Source of the DNA: Eledone cirrhosa
Lineage: Eukaryota
Assembly: GCA_964016885.1 (NCBI GenBank)
Contig: OZ024742.1
Location: 227,540,001 to 227,604,000 of the forward strand
Direction of reading: 5' to 3'
DNA length: 64,000 bases
The notes under the pieces are model-generated. The model saw only the letters and a program-made list of their open reading frames with translations. It ran no database searches and was not told where the DNA came from. How positions within the stretch are numbered: the first letter of the stretch is position 1; each line of letters begins with the position of its first letter. This document shows, piece by piece, positions 23,880 through 37,351 of this stretch. Position numbers and translations under genes: made by a program.

Positions 23880-23882
<3 letters not shown>
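23236..23882 (-). mobile_element. RTE 3' fragment with tail
   Basis: WYGHVMRMKDDSCITKCRAIKIDGSHGVGRPRKTWDDLI..DRDLWR; (GAT)n tail. Confidence 0.8.
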
Positions 23883-23967
<85 letters not shown>

Positions 23968-23971
<4 letters not shown>

Positions 23972-24614
23972 TTTTCTGATCACAGGAAGATCCATAAAAG
24001 TGGTTGATAGCTTCTGCTGCCCTAGGTGATGTAATTAGTAGTGGAGGAGGCAGTTCCATAAGCATAGTAGCTAGAATAAGGAATAAGGACAGGATGGAAG
24101 AAGTTTAGATAACTGCTACTTTTGTTAACAACAAAAAAATTCTCACAAACGAAAAGTCAGCTTTATGACACATGTGTGTGAAGTGCAATATACTGCATGG
24201 TAGTGAGACATGGGCAGTGAACACAGAGGATATTTGAAGGCTGGAGAGAATTAAGGCACGCATACTTCAATGGATATGCAATGCTAATGCATGAGAACAA
24301 GCATGGAAGAAGTGAAAGAAAAACTGAGTATAAGAGAAATCAAGTGTAGGAGAAAAGACTGCATTGGAATGGACATGTGATGCTCATGGATGATGATAAC
24401 TATGAAGAAGTGCTGAGTAATCCCAGTGGAAGGAAGCTGCAGTAAAGGGAGACAAAGGAAGACCTGGATGGAAGTGGTGAGAACTGATCTTGAATTGTTG
24501 AAGTTCAGAGGAAATGACAAAAGAATGTGGTATATGAAGAGATATTGTACTGAGAAGGACTTGTCCAACTCATGCAAGCATGAAACAGCGGACATAAAAT
24601 GATGATAATGATGA
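23968..24614 (+). mobile_element. RTE 3' fragment
   Basis: VDSFCCLGDVI..GWKKFR..LHGSETWAV..GHVM..KGRQRKTWMEVVR; (gat)n tail. Confidence 0.8.
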
Positions 24615-24664
24615 TCTTCTCCTCCTCCTCCCTCTTCTTCTTCTTCTTCTTCTTCTTCTTCTTC

Positions 24665-25400
24665 TTTAGTGCACCAGCTCTTACAATTCTTGCCCTTAAT
24701 TCAGCCTCCTGCTTTTCATCCCTTGTGATCACAGCCCCAACTTCTCTACCTGCTTCAGTGGAACTCTATTCATATGTAGAGTGCACTGCACAGGCTTCCT
24801 TGAGAGGACAAGTGTCTCAGTTTTCGTAGCACTGATTTTCATTCCAGTCATGCAGCACTCAGCATCAACCCTATCAAGTGCAAGTCAGAGATCACCTTCT
24901 ATTGAGTTAAGTAACACCATGTCGTCTGCAAATCCTAGTTGATTGATTTTACACCCGCCAGTTGATACCACTTCCAGCATGGCTGTGCATGTCAATCCTG
25001 TTCATGTAAATAATGATTTTTACTATAGGCACAAGGCCAGCAATTTGGGGAAAAGGGAAAGTTGATTAAATCGACCCCAGTGCATTATTGATGCTTTATT
25101 TATTGACCTCATAAGGATGAAAGGCAAAGCTAACCTCAGCGGGATTTGAACTCAGAACATAAATGACTGTAACTCTATGTCGCAAAGCATATTGCCCGAC
25201 GCTCTACTGATACTGCCAATCCACCACCCTTGTTCATATAAATAATGAATAGGATAGGTAACAGTACACAACCTTGGCAGAGTCCAACTTCCAGAATGAA
25301 TGGTTTTGATTTAGAACCATTTATCCAAACACAAATACTCGGGCATTTGTATAGAGACATTAGGACAGCAAGATGGTTGACCATTATCTTTTGTTTGGCA
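24665..25400 (-). mobile_element. RTE RT fragment interrupted by a SINE
   Basis: VGLCQGCVLLPILFIIYMN..GFADDMVLL..KTETLVLSRK. Confidence 0.75.
25017..25230 (-). mobile_element. SINE with 18-bp TSD
   Basis: TSD tgttcat(g/a)taaataatga at 24999-25016 and 25231-25248. Confidence 0.85.
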
Positions 25401-25856
25401 CAAAATTTTCTATGAAAAAAACCATCCTTTGGCAATAAAGGACCCTCAAACACAAATTGGCGCGAAATTTGGTCTACTTATTCATGTGACAGTCATCAAC
25501 CAACCAAATTACACTTATAAAAAAACAACAATTTGAGCAACATTTTTAAAGGCAAATACAATAAGAACATTGGAACGTGAACTGGTGCAAAATTTATTAT
25601 TCATATTCATGTGACAGTCATCAACCAACCAAATTTTTTTTTTTTTTAAACCCAGCAATTCGAACCACTCTTTCCACATAAAACAGAAAGAACTTCTGAA
25701 CACCAACCAGATGCGAGAAAAACCACAAACCCTCCATCTCATTTCTACTTTTGAAAAGCATAAGAACTATGAAACTGGTAAAGGAAATAAATAAATATTC
25801 TTAAAAAGACTCCAGTCGCATTTTCGATTTCTTTTCCTTATATATATACATATATA

Positions 25857-26752
25857 TGAGGTGTGTCAGAAAAGTACCAGGACTTATGTCACAAAAGATT
25901 TATTTCAAACCCAAACTTTACACTAAGAGTTTTCTCCTTCAAAGTAATCCCCCTGGAGTATGTAACTGTAATCTTAGCTCTCTGCAGCGATCAAACTTTT
26001 TTCTTCATAATTTTATGTACATGTCCTCTGTTTCAGGTTATCAAGCAATGAGCACAGAGCAACGAACAAACTTGAAAACTCCATCAGAAGCACTGGGATT
26101 GCTGCAGCAAGTGTATGGAAATGAGATGATGTCACACTCACGTGTTTTTGAGTGGTGCAAGAGGTTTAAAGAAGGATGCAAGGACGTGGAAGATGACCCC
26201 AGGAGCGGAAGGCCCTCAACAACTAGGACTGAGGTCAATGTTGAGCGCGTCAGGCAGATGGTGCGTGGCGATCGTCGGCTGACTGTTCGACTGATGGCAA
26301 ATGAGCTGGGCATGAATCGGGACAGCATCTAGAAGATTCTCACTGAAGATTTGGACATACGAAAAGTCTGCGCGAAGATGGTGCTAAAACTGCTGAACGA
26401 TGACCAGAAGGGTCGACGCATGCAAGTGTGCCAGGACATCCTCGAGCGTCTTGAAACCGAACCAGACTTGCTAGGGACAGTTATCACCGGTCATGAGTCA
26501 TGGATCTTCGAGTACGACCCGGAGGGGACCCATTTTGAAGACGTGGACGACATCAAAAAGGCCGTGATGACGGAACTGCGGAGGATCCCGGAAGAATCCT
26601 TCCAGGAGTGCATGCAAGTGTGGCAGAAAAGGATGGAAAAGTGAATTAGACTCCGGGGGCATTACTTTGAAGGAGAAAACACTTAGTGTGAAGTTTGGGT
26701 TTGAAATAAATCTTTTGTGACATCAGTCCTAGAATTTTTCTGACACACCTTG
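25857..26752 (+). mobile_element. Internally deleted mariner transposon, copy 2
   Basis: Colinear with 14412-15306, same TIRs and deletion junctions; additional stop codons. Confidence 0.92.
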
Positions 26753-27215
26753 TATATATATATATATATGTTAGTTAGGTGTATAACGATAATTACAGGT
26801 GGCATGCTGTTCAAAGCACTCAGCGCTGTTACGAGGTCTATTTCATTTGGGTTGTATTCCAGAGTTATGGCTGTAGTGTACACAGTGTAAATAAATGTAA
26901 ATGTGTCTTTGCAGATATAAGCTCCCATATCTGACAAGATGTTGAAAAAGAGTCAGGATCTGTCACCTTGATTGTACCCTGAGCTGATTGATATCAAAAC
27001 AATTATAATATGAAAATAAAGTTTGTACATATGATGCAACTCTGACCTTGATTCTTTAAATGTAAACAAATGTACATATATACAGTGTGTGGACGATATT
27101 TGTTTGCAATTTTCAACTGCTAATTTTATGCAAATTTTTTTTACTTCCATTGTCACTCTTGTCTTCATAAAAACAGTGATTATATTTCCATTATTTATTT
27201 TCAGAATAATTGATT

Positions 27216-28357
27216 ATGAATAATTTTGAACCTCCAAATTTGTGGAAGAGACACAGAGTTCTTCTTGGTATCCGCGTCGGGAGGACAAATAAAGAAATTT
27301 CAAACTTTCTCAGCGTCAACAGGAGAATGGTGGAAAAGGTCAGAAAGGAATTGGAAGATTCAGGATTCAACTAAGAAGCAACATCAGAGAGGAAAACACA
27401 TGATCGACGATCTGACGCCTTCAGAATGCCCGAGTTCGACGCTGAAGTTCAGGATATCATCAACAATGAACCTAGGAAGTCGATGTGTGCCATTGCAAGG
27501 GAGAAAGGCGTGGATGAAAAGCTCATTAGGCTGGTGGTACATGAAGACATTTGCTACGTTTCATACAAGATGAGGAAAGGACAATTTCTGTCAAAAGCGA
27601 TGCAAGAAAAGCGACTGAAGCACGCAAAGAAGCTGATCAACAAGTTGAAACACCCACTGGAGCCAGACATGCTGTGGTTTTTCTCCGACGAAAAAAACTT
27701 CTGCCAAGACCAGGAGATCAACTCCCAGAACAACACGTGCCCAGAGTCATGCAGACAAAGTTTCCAGCGACAACATTGGTCTTAGGTGTCGTCAGAAGTC
27801 ACGGTGACGTCATGCCACCTCACTTCTTCCCCGAGGGCCTCAAGCTGAACACCGATGGCTACATCCGTGTTCTGAGTGAGGTAGTAAAGCCCTGGATCGA
27901 CCAGGTAGCTGCAGGTAGGCCGTACATGTGGCAGCAAGACTCAGCGCCCTGCCATACCAGCTGAAAGACCCAAGCCTGGCCGTCAGAGAACTTCGTTGAC
28001 CACACTTCACCTGACATCTGGCCTCTCAGCTCGCCTGACTGCAACCCCCTTGACTTCTTTGTGTGGGGCGCAGTGGAACAAGACTCCAACAGATCTAGCT
28101 GCAATACGAAAGACGATCTGAAGGCCAGGATCACAAGTGCCTTTAGGGGCCTAAGTCGGGGGACAGTGACGAAGGCCTGCAGCCGGTTTCGAGGCCGCCT
28201 TGAGGCCATCATCAAAGCTATTGGCGGGTTTATCGAGTGAGATCGAAAGAACAAGTCATGAAGACAAACTGACCCAAGTTTGATAAATATATCTTAAAAA
28301 ATAAAACTACTGTGTTATTTTTTCCTAGACTTGCGAACAAATTTTGTCCGGTCCCTG
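27216..28357 (+). mobile_element. maT/DD37D Tc1-mariner transposase pseudogene with right TIR
   Basis: WFFSDEKNF..WQQDSAPCH..SPDCNPLDF with 37 codons between the 2nd and 3rd Asp; stops and a frameshift; ends ..gtccggtccctg|TA; left TIR not found. Confidence 0.85.
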
Positions 28358-28435
<78 letters not shown>

Positions 28436-28979
28436 CTATATGAGTGAGACACGGTCACCCGACGAGTCTTGCCTCAAGTGGGACAACTCCCGTCTAACCC
28501 ATGTTAGCGTGGAAGATGGACGTTAAACGATGATGATGATGATGTTGATGATATACATATATATATATATATATATGTATGTATATATATATGTATATAT
28601 ATAATATATATATACATACATATTACTACTACTGCTGCTACTACTACTGCACTTGACATTATACTAAGACTTCAGTTTATTTCAGTTCATGTGGTTTGGG
28701 CTTTTAGCATCAAAGGTAGTGCAGTAGCTGCAATAACTGCACAGTAGCTGTTCAGTAACTGTAGGACACCTGAATGATCTTTGGTGCACTTTAAATGCAC
28801 TGCTAATGCACTGACAGAGGAATTATAGAACAAAGAAAAATGCACGAACACAGACTATGATGATAGTGGGGTGGGGGTGATAGTAGTGGTGGTGCTGCTG
28901 CTGGTAGTTGTTGATGTTGCTGTTGCTGCTGTTTTAGGCAGACACTATTACAATTACATCCCACCAATCACATCTGTTA

Positions 28980-30095
28980 ATGTAACAACAACACCAACAG
29001 CAGCAGCAGCAATAATAGTATAAAGATAAACAACAAAACTATTTCAACCACAATACCACCACTTAATCCTGCAGCCATAACGTCACCAACACCAACCACA
29101 ACACCACTAACACCAACACCACCACCAACAACAACAGCAAAAACAATACCACCACAACACCAATAACAATAGCAACAACAACACCACCACCAACACCAAC
29201 CACAACACCACCAACACCAACAACAGCAAAAACAATACCACCACAACACCAATAACAATAGCAACAACAACACCACCACCAACACCAACCACAACACCAC
29301 CAACACCAACACCAACACCAACCACAACACCACCAACCACAACACCACCAACAACAACACCACCACCAACAACAACAGCAAAAACAATACCACCACAACA
29401 CCAATAACAATAGCAACAACAACACCACCACCAACACCAACCACAACACCACCAACACCAACACCAACACCAACACCAACCACAACACCACCAACCACAA
29501 CACCACCAACAACAACACCACCACCAACAACAACAGCAAAAACAATACCACCACAACACCAATAACAATAGCAACAACAACCCCACCAACAACACCAACC
29601 ACAACACCACCAACACCAACACCACCACCAACACCAACCACAACACCACCAACACCAACACCAACCACAACACCACCAACCACAACCCCACCACCAACAC
29701 CAACCACAACACCACCAACACCAACACCAACACCGACACCAACCACAACACCACCAACACCAACACCAACCACAACACCACCAACACCAACACCAACCAC
29801 AACACCACCAACCACAACCCCACCACCAACACCAACCACAGCACCACCAACACCAACACCAACACCGACACCAACCACAACACCACCAACACCAACACCA
29901 ACCACAACACCACCAACAACAACCCCAACACCACCAACACCAACACCAACACCACCACCAACAACAACAGCAAAAACAATACCACCACAACACCAACTCC
30001 AACACCAACAAAAATAGCAACAACAACACCACCACCAACACCACCACCAACACCAAAAACCAACTCTCACTACTAACAACAACAACAACCACAGC
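28980..30095. repeat. ~1.1-kb (AAC/ACC)-based complex minisatellite
   Basis: Recurrent block aacagcaaaaacaataccaccacaacaccaa at ~29132, 29223, 29374, 29532 and 29966. Confidence 0.9.
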
Positions 30096-30514
30096 AACTC
30101 ATGTAAAGAACTGCACACTTCATTCAGCATTAGAGTTATGTCCCTTCAACTGTTCCAGACAAAATTACTGTCACAACAAGCTATGTAATATCCCCCCCCC
30201 CCCACTCCATTCCCAACGGATTCTGGTTGTTATGGGCAACACTTGGAGACAAAGGACACACACCCGTCCCACCACAACGATTTACAGAGAAGGGCATAAA
30301 GAGTGTGGGCTAAGTAAATATATTAGATAGTATAGTGCTGTGTGAGATAACAGTATGCGGGAATATTGTGTAGTATCTCACAGTGATGAGATATAATGAG
30401 GGTTGATTTTAGGAAGATCGATTTAACATAACAAAGGGAAATAAAATATATATCAAGTACCCAGGACTGCTATCATGATATACTTACACTTGTCTATTAT
30501 ATATATATTTATTG

Positions 30515-32110
30515 TAATCTGGTGGGTTCTTAGAAAACTAGGAGTAGATGAGTAGCTTGTGAAAGCTGTACAAGCCATGTATAGGGGAGTAATCAACAAA
30601 GTTAGGATTAACAACAACTATAGCAAGGAATTTAACGTACAGGTTGGCATCCACCAGGGCTTTGTCCTTAGCCCTCTCCTATTTATTATCATTCTGCAGA
30701 CTATAACAGAGAAGTTTAAGACTAGCTGCCTGTGGGAACTCCTGTGTGCGAATGATCTTACACTCATAGCTGAGTCTATGGTGGAACAAAAGAAGAAATT
30801 CCAAACCTGGAAGCATGGCCTAGAAACAAAGGGTCTTAAAGTCAACCTGACAAAGACTAAAGTCCTAGTAAGTAGAGGAGTAAACAGCCCTGGTCCCCTT
30901 GGGGAAATGGCTTTGCTCAATGTATAGGAAAGGTGTAGGAAGAAATTCCATTCTCTGTCCCAAATGCTAACTATGGGTACACAAGTGTTGTAGTAGTATC
31001 TCAGGAAGTTTAGCTGAGAATGTAGGTTTTACATGTAGCTGTTGCACCGGAGAAGTAAGCAACAAGTGACCACAGGAAACAAGCGCTATCAAATTCCGGG
31101 AAAGTTCAGTAGAAGCAGTAGACAGCTTCTGCTACCTGGGTGACCAGTGGAGGTGGGTGCTCTGAAAGAAATTCAGGGATCTACTACCACTGCTAACTAC
31201 AAAAGGCTTTCCTCTCAAAATGAAAGGCAGATTGTATGATGCATACATATGAACAGCAATGTTGCATGGTAGTGAGACCTGGGTGCTCTGTGCAGAAGAC
31301 TTATAAAGATTGGAAAGAAATCAAGCTTGTATGCTCCAATGGATTTGTAATAGTAATATAATACATGAATGGCAAAACATAAACGAACTGAGAGAGAAAC
31401 TAAGCATAAGATGTAATGTGTAGGAGAGGAGATTGTGTTGGTATGGACATGTGATGCATATAAAGGATGACAGTTGTATAAAAAGGGGCAGAGCGCTCAA
31501 AGTCGATGGAAGCCTTGGAGTAGGAACACCCAGGAAGACCTGGGATGGGGTGATAAAAGCTGACCTTGCTCAACTTCACCTATAAAAAACAATGACACAG
31601 GTCCAAGATCTCTGGCCTCATACAGTAATACAGAAGATACTGCCTTCCCATGGGCACAGGCTGAAGCATATATATAGTAAGCACCATTCCCACCTTCACC
31701 CCACCATTCCATACATCTCCCATGAGGACTGGCTAGTGAAGCCTCCAGCCCACACTGTAAAATGGTCGTGATGGCAATACAACAAAAAGTGACTAGCCCA
31801 CACTGTAAAGTGGTCGTGATGGTAACATGATAAAAAGTTCCCAGCCCACACTGTAAAGTAGACACATAGGTGTCACAACAAAAAGCACCCAGCCCACACA
31901 CTGTAAAGTGGTCGTGTCATGACAAAAAGCACCCAGTACTCACTGTAAATGTGATTAGCATTAGGAACGGCATTCAGCTATAAAAACCAAGCCAGAATAT
32001 GTATGAGCAAGACATGGTCACCTGACCTGGTATTTTTCACAACTGAACAACCCGTCTAACCCATGCTAGCATAGGAAAATGGATGTTAAACGGTGATAAT
32101 GATGATGATG
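30515..32110 (+). mobile_element. RTE LINE 3' half with minisatellite-bearing tail
   Basis: VGIHQGFVLSPLLFIII..WELLCANDL..GLKVNLTKTKVL; LHGSETW; tail as at 19512-20352. Confidence 0.85.
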
Positions 32111-32162
32111 TTAGCACAGCTTAAAAGTTTAAGCAAACAATTTCTGCTTTCACCCTTATAAT

Positions 32163-32204
<42 letters not shown>

Positions 32205-32687
32205 ACTATTATCAAGTTCACACTGGATTTTCATCTTTGTATTTATAATAACTACTATATATTTATATAATATATATATATTCATTTCAGCCATACAGCA
32301 CTCATCATCAAACCTATCAAGTGTCAGTCGGAGACCACTTTCTGTAGAGTTAAGTAACACCATATCTGTAGAAATGAGATGATAGGGACTGGGGTCCTTA
32401 TCATTCCACTGCAAAGTGGTCGTGTAGGTGCCACAGCAAAAAAGCACCAGCACTCACTGTAAATGAGGTTGGTGTTAGGAAGGGCATCCAGCTGTAGAAA
32501 TCAAGCCAGAATTAGTTCCCGTCCCACCCTTGCAAGCAGGGAAAAGCGGACGTAAAATGAATTGATGATGAAAAATGAAATGATATGTATATATAAATTT
32601 ATAAAGTTAACTATTTCTAATATGTAAACATCTCAATGAAAGAATAAGATATATAAATAAATTATCTACTCAGAGACATAATATAAT

Positions 32688-32721
32688 TGTTTCTACTTTT
32701 GGCACAAGGCCAGCAATTATC
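32688..32721 (-). mobile_element. 34-bp extremely 5'-truncated SINE with 19-bp TSD
   Basis: ctcagagacataatataat at 32669-32687 and 32722-32740 flank tgtttctacttttggcacaaggccagcaattatc. Confidence 0.85.
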
Positions 32722-33149
32722 CTCAGAGACATAATATAATATTAAAACTTGAGCCAAAATCTCAATTTGTGGGATATAAGCTAGACTGGCAAAAATAAGT
32801 CAGTTTTATTTATATAGTTCCCCGACCATGGTTTCTGGAACTCAAGAAACAATATCAATCTTTCCAAGACTTTGGAATAACCAATATTGGAAGAGTTTCA
32901 GTTCCTTCATCGGGAGAAGAATTCTTACTTAGGAATAAGGGGAATATATATCATACATACCATGTCGTTGGTATACTGCATGAGGAACAATGTGTTACAA
33001 AGCTGAATTACTGTATGAATATATCCCCTTAATGTATTAGGAAATTACGATGAGCTTATATTAACGCTAGAAATAGCAGCCAAAACCGTCTAAATCAGCT
33101 CAACAATGATGGAGCAGTTAATGTTAATTTATAAATTAATATTAACTGC

Positions 33150-34560
33150 TCCATCATTTATGAAAATGACAGAAAGAGTTCTAGCACAACTAATTAGAGA
33201 AAGAGTCAAATTAGATGAGATCCAATTCAGTTTTATACCAGGTAGGAGCACCATGGATGCCGTCTTTTTAGTAAGACAACTACAAGAGAAGTTCTAAGCT
33301 AAGAGTAACCATTTATACCTAGTTTTTTGACAGCATACCCCAATCGGTCATCTGGTTATTCTCAAGGAAACTAGGTGTAGTAGAATGGGTTGTAAGAGAA
33401 GTGCAAGCTATGTACAGAGGAGCTGTAAGTAAAGTGAGAATAGGAAGTAAGTTTAGGAAGGAATTCGAGGTAGATGTAGGAATGCACCAGGGTTCAGTTC
33501 TTAGCCCACACCTGTTTATTCTAGTCCTTCAAGCCAACAGAGGAGTTTATGACTGATTGCCCATGGGAACCTCTGTATGCTGATCTGGTCCTCAAAGCTG
33601 AATCTATAGAAAACTAGAGAACAAATTCCGACTGTGGAAACAGAAGTTTGAATCAAAAGGGCTTAGACTAAATTTAGCAAAAACTAAAATGTTAATAAGT
33701 AGGAAAGAAGATAGAGCACCAATTTCATCAGGGAAGTGGCCTTGCTTGATATGTACAAAAGAAGTAGGCATAAACTCTATACAGTGAGCACAATGCAAAT
33801 TTTGGCACACAAGAGGTGTAGTGAAATAACAGGCTGATTTTGTATGTAGTAGATGTTCAGGGTCAATTGATAGTAAGAGTGCCAATAATAAAATAAATAA
33901 TATAAACCTTTTCCAATCTCAGGAAGGATCCATAGAAGAGGTTGATAGCTTCTGCTACCTAGACGATGTAATTAGTGGAGGAGGGTGCTCGGAGAGCATA
34001 GTAGCTAGAATAAGGGTAGGATGGAAGAAGTTTAAGGAACTGCTACTCCTGCTAACAACAAAAGGTTTCTCCCTGCGAATAAAAGGTTGACTGTATAATG
34101 CCTGTGTGCAAAGTACCATGCTGCATGGTAATGAGACATGGGCAGTGAATGCAGAGGACATGTGAAGGCTGGGGAGAAATGAAGCAAGCATGCTTCAATG
34201 GATGTGCAATGTTAATGTGCATCAACGTCAATGCATCGATGAACTGAGGGAGAAAGGGGCTATAAGAGGAATCAGATGTAGTGTGCAGGAGAGGGCTCTG
34301 TGCTGGTATGGACATGTGATGCACATGGATGATGATTGCTAGGTGAAGAAGTGCCAAATAATCCCAGTGGAAGGAAGCTACAGTAGAGGAAGACCAAAGA
34401 AGATCTGGATGGAAGTGGTGAGAGCTGATCTCAGATCACTAAAGCTCATCGAGGAGATGACAAAGGAGCACAATAAGTGGAGAAACGTTGTCCTGAGAAG
34501 GACCCATTCAACCCATGCAAGCATGGAACAATGGATGTAAAATGATAATGATGATGATGT
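33150..34560 (+). mobile_element. Degenerate RTE LINE RT and 3' end
   Basis: MKMTERVLAQLIRERVKLDEIQFSFIPGRSTMDAVFLVRQLQEKF..HQGSVLSP..WEPLYAD..RGRPKKIWMEVVRADL; (gat)n tail. Confidence 0.87.
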
Positions 34561-35371
34561 CATCAGGTTTCTAATCTACCAATATTTGGCAAATTTCTTT
34601 ATTTTAACATTTATATTTTAAAAAGCTTCCAAAATAAAATGGCCGACAAAAATGGCTGCCAATAAAAATACAAAACAAAACAAGAGAAAACGAAAAACTA
34701 CACAAATAAGAGGAACACAATATTCTTTATTTATGTAGATCTGTTTTATAAACAAAATGTTTTATTTTACTAAACAATATGTGATGTTGTACATGGAATA
34801 TAGCAGTAGAATGGAATTTTCATGAAATGGAGAATGACTGTTAATTCAAGTCACATAAAATTTTTAGTTTTAATCAAACTATTGAATAAACAGACTACTT
34901 TATAGAATAATCCAGACACACCATCTACATGAATAAACAATAGTTGAGTTAGTGTTAACATATTTAGTACGAAGATTATTTTAAACAATAGTTACAGTTA
35001 ACATCATCATTACTTTGAAGTCTACTTTTCCATGCTGGCATGGGTTGGACAGGACTTTTTAAGGGAATGTTTTTCAATCAGATGCCCTTCTTGGCACCAC
35101 AGGGATATATTGTATCTATTCTAAATTCTATGTCTGCTTTCCACATTGGCATGGGCTGGACGGGTTGTTATAGTCTGTGACTAGATGGGCTGGAGCAACC
35201 TATCTAGCTTGTTATGTTTCATATTTGATATGATTTCTATGGCTGGATACCCTATGTAATGACAACCACCTTGCAGAGTGTGTTGGGAGCATTATATCCT
35301 GTAAGGTGGTTGGCATTAGGAAGATATCCAGCTGCAGAATGTAACAATATATGGAATATTTTAGCCCAGCT

Positions 35372-35562
35372 GCATTTAAACCAGCTGTATCCGACCAGAA
35401 TTCTCTCACTACTTTCTGTTCAAACCAGTTGTAACTGGCCACTCATACTGATATTAAGGTATTAGCAAAATAAATGATATTAAAATCTCATAGATTCGAT
35501 ATTATGTGAGATATCATGTAAATATAATAGAATATATATGGAGTAATGTAAATGTTAAAGGG
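35372..35562 (+). mobile_element. piggyBac-type MITE, left end clipped
   Basis: Homologous to 36311-36529; ends aaatgttaaaggg|TTAA. Confidence 0.7.
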
Positions 35563-35564
35563 TT

Positions 35565-35760
35565 AACAATGGTTAATCAATCTAATATATGGAGTATTTT
35601 AAATAATAGTTAAGTTAATTTTAGCATATTTAATATTTTAAACAATATTCAAGTTAGTGTTAGCTTTTTTAACATATAGAATAATTTAAACAATAGTTAA
35701 TTTAGTGTTAACATTTTTAACAAATGGAATATTTTAAACAATAGTTAATTTAGCATTAAT
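35565..35760. repeat. Degenerate AT-rich ~45-50-bp tandem repeat
   Basis: Recurrent ggaatattttaaacaatagttaa(g/t)ttagtgttaaca; related pieces at ~34935-35000 and ~36230-36310. Confidence 0.65.
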
Positions 35761-36310
35761 CTTAATGACTGGAGAACTGTGAGTCTGTGTCCAGTTTATT
35801 ATTTTACAGCATGTTATTAAAATAAGTTGGATTACTTTGAATAAATCATGAATGAATATTATGTAATTTATCTACTAAATTTCTTAGTTCTTGATTAAAC
35901 ATAAATAATGTTATATAAAATGAATTGCTTATTTCAAGATTCACTTCTGTTAAAACTTTCAAATGTCAACTTCTGTTAGCATTCATATCATAACATTTTT
36001 CCATAACATCTTCATTATAATCTTTTTTAAATGTATCATGGATTACTTTACTAATTACAGAAGGAAGTGTAACACAGTCTTTGTTCAATTCATGTGCATT
36101 TTGTCAATTTACTTTTCAATTTGCATATCATATCTATATGCATATATATTTGTGTATAATATCAATATGCACACTACTTATGCTAGCAGAAAACCGACAA
36201 AAGGGTGGTTTTTCTGCTAGTATATTTAATAGTTGGGATATTTTAAGTGTGTAGTATATTTAACAATATTTAAGTAAGTGTTAACATAATTTAAATATGG
36301 AATATTTTAA

Positions 36311-36529
36311 CCCTTTAGCATTTAAACCAGCCATATCTGGCCAGAATTCTCTTACCTCTTTCTGTTCAAACCAGCCATACCTGGACACTTATAATGATGT
36401 TAAGGAATTGTTCATAAAATAAATAATATCAAAATCTCATAGATTCAATATTATGAGATTATTATGTGAAATAAAGTGTTTACCATGAAAATACAATAGT
36501 AAATATAAAGTAATTTAAATGCTAAAGGG
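36311..36529 (+). mobile_element. 219-bp piggyBac-type MITE
   Basis: TTAA|ccctttagcatttaaa ... tttaaatgctaaaggg|TTAA: perfect 16-bp TIR and TTAA TSD. Confidence 0.88.
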
Positions 36530-37117
36530 TTAAACAATAGTTATGTCAGTGAAGAGTTTTCGTTGCCCTTTTTGTTATGGTGTCTAAAGCTTGATGTCCA
36601 TCTTAATACCAACTACTTTACACTGTATACTGGGTGTATTTTATTTTGACACCTTATATATTACATTGGTAATAGTGCTGGTGGTGGAGTTGTGGTGGTA
36701 ATGATGATGATGATGAATAAATTTTAAATCTAAATTAAAGTTTTCAAAACTGCTTTGTGAAACATAAAAAGGAAAACAATTGAAACAATATACAGTTGGT
36801 TTTAAAATATGTTTGTAAAAACAACTCAGCTCTGGATTTCAGTGAGAAAATATTTAAAATAAAATAAAATATTTTATATTCAACATCTGTTGTTGTTTTT
36901 ATTTATTTATTATTTTTATATCTATGTGTGTGTATATATATAGTTATATTTGGGGAGCATCATGTTGTCCTAATATTGCCAAAAATAATAATAAAACACA
37001 CTCACTGTTTGGTTTGATTTGGTTTTCGCTTCAGTTAAATATATCTTTATGTTTTTATAAATAATGTATTGACCAACAGTTAAAATTATTAATATAAATA
37101 TAATTTCTCAAAGCTTC

Positions 37118-37163
37118 TCAAAGTTCTTTCGTTACACATACTTTTCAGTGACATCTGCAGTGA
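37118..37163 (-). ncRNA. Decayed minimal hammerhead (16368 family)
   Basis: tca-CTGCAGA-tgtcac..gtaac-GAAA-gaac-TT-tga; core A6->C. Confidence 0.5.
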
Positions 37164-37284
37164 TTTCCTCCCATTGTGTTTAACATTTTTTTTTTCGTTG
37201 TCAAATTAAAAGATATATGTGTATATATATAGAGAGAGTGTTTAGAAATGTAAAGGAAATACAAACATACACATAGACATTTCC

Positions 37285-37351
37285 CCTCATCAGTTGTCTG
37301 CTGTGGGTCTCAGATGTTTCGGCACATTAAAGACAATACATCTCACCACAG
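37285..37351 (-). ncRNA. Candidate non-circularly permuted (pseudoknotted) hammerhead ribozyme, best copy
   Basis: ctgtgg-tg-agatg-TA-ttgtct-ttaatgtg-cc-GAAA-catct-gagac-ccacag-c-agacaa-CTGATGA-gg. Confidence 0.7.

Noticed and set aside
26830-26985. Minus-strand GTIKVTDPD as a cadherin-like exon
   Set aside because: Short motif only; no other cadherin residues and the frame closes soon after
28977-30130. Three 318-371 aa minus-strand ORFs (V/G/W/C-rich)
   Set aside because: Open in all three frames only because the GT-rich repeat lacks A; no coding signal
32850-32920. Minus-strand CCGATGA-aggaact-GAAA hammerhead-like motif
   Set aside because: Core mismatch, marginal stem II, and no valid UH plus stem I
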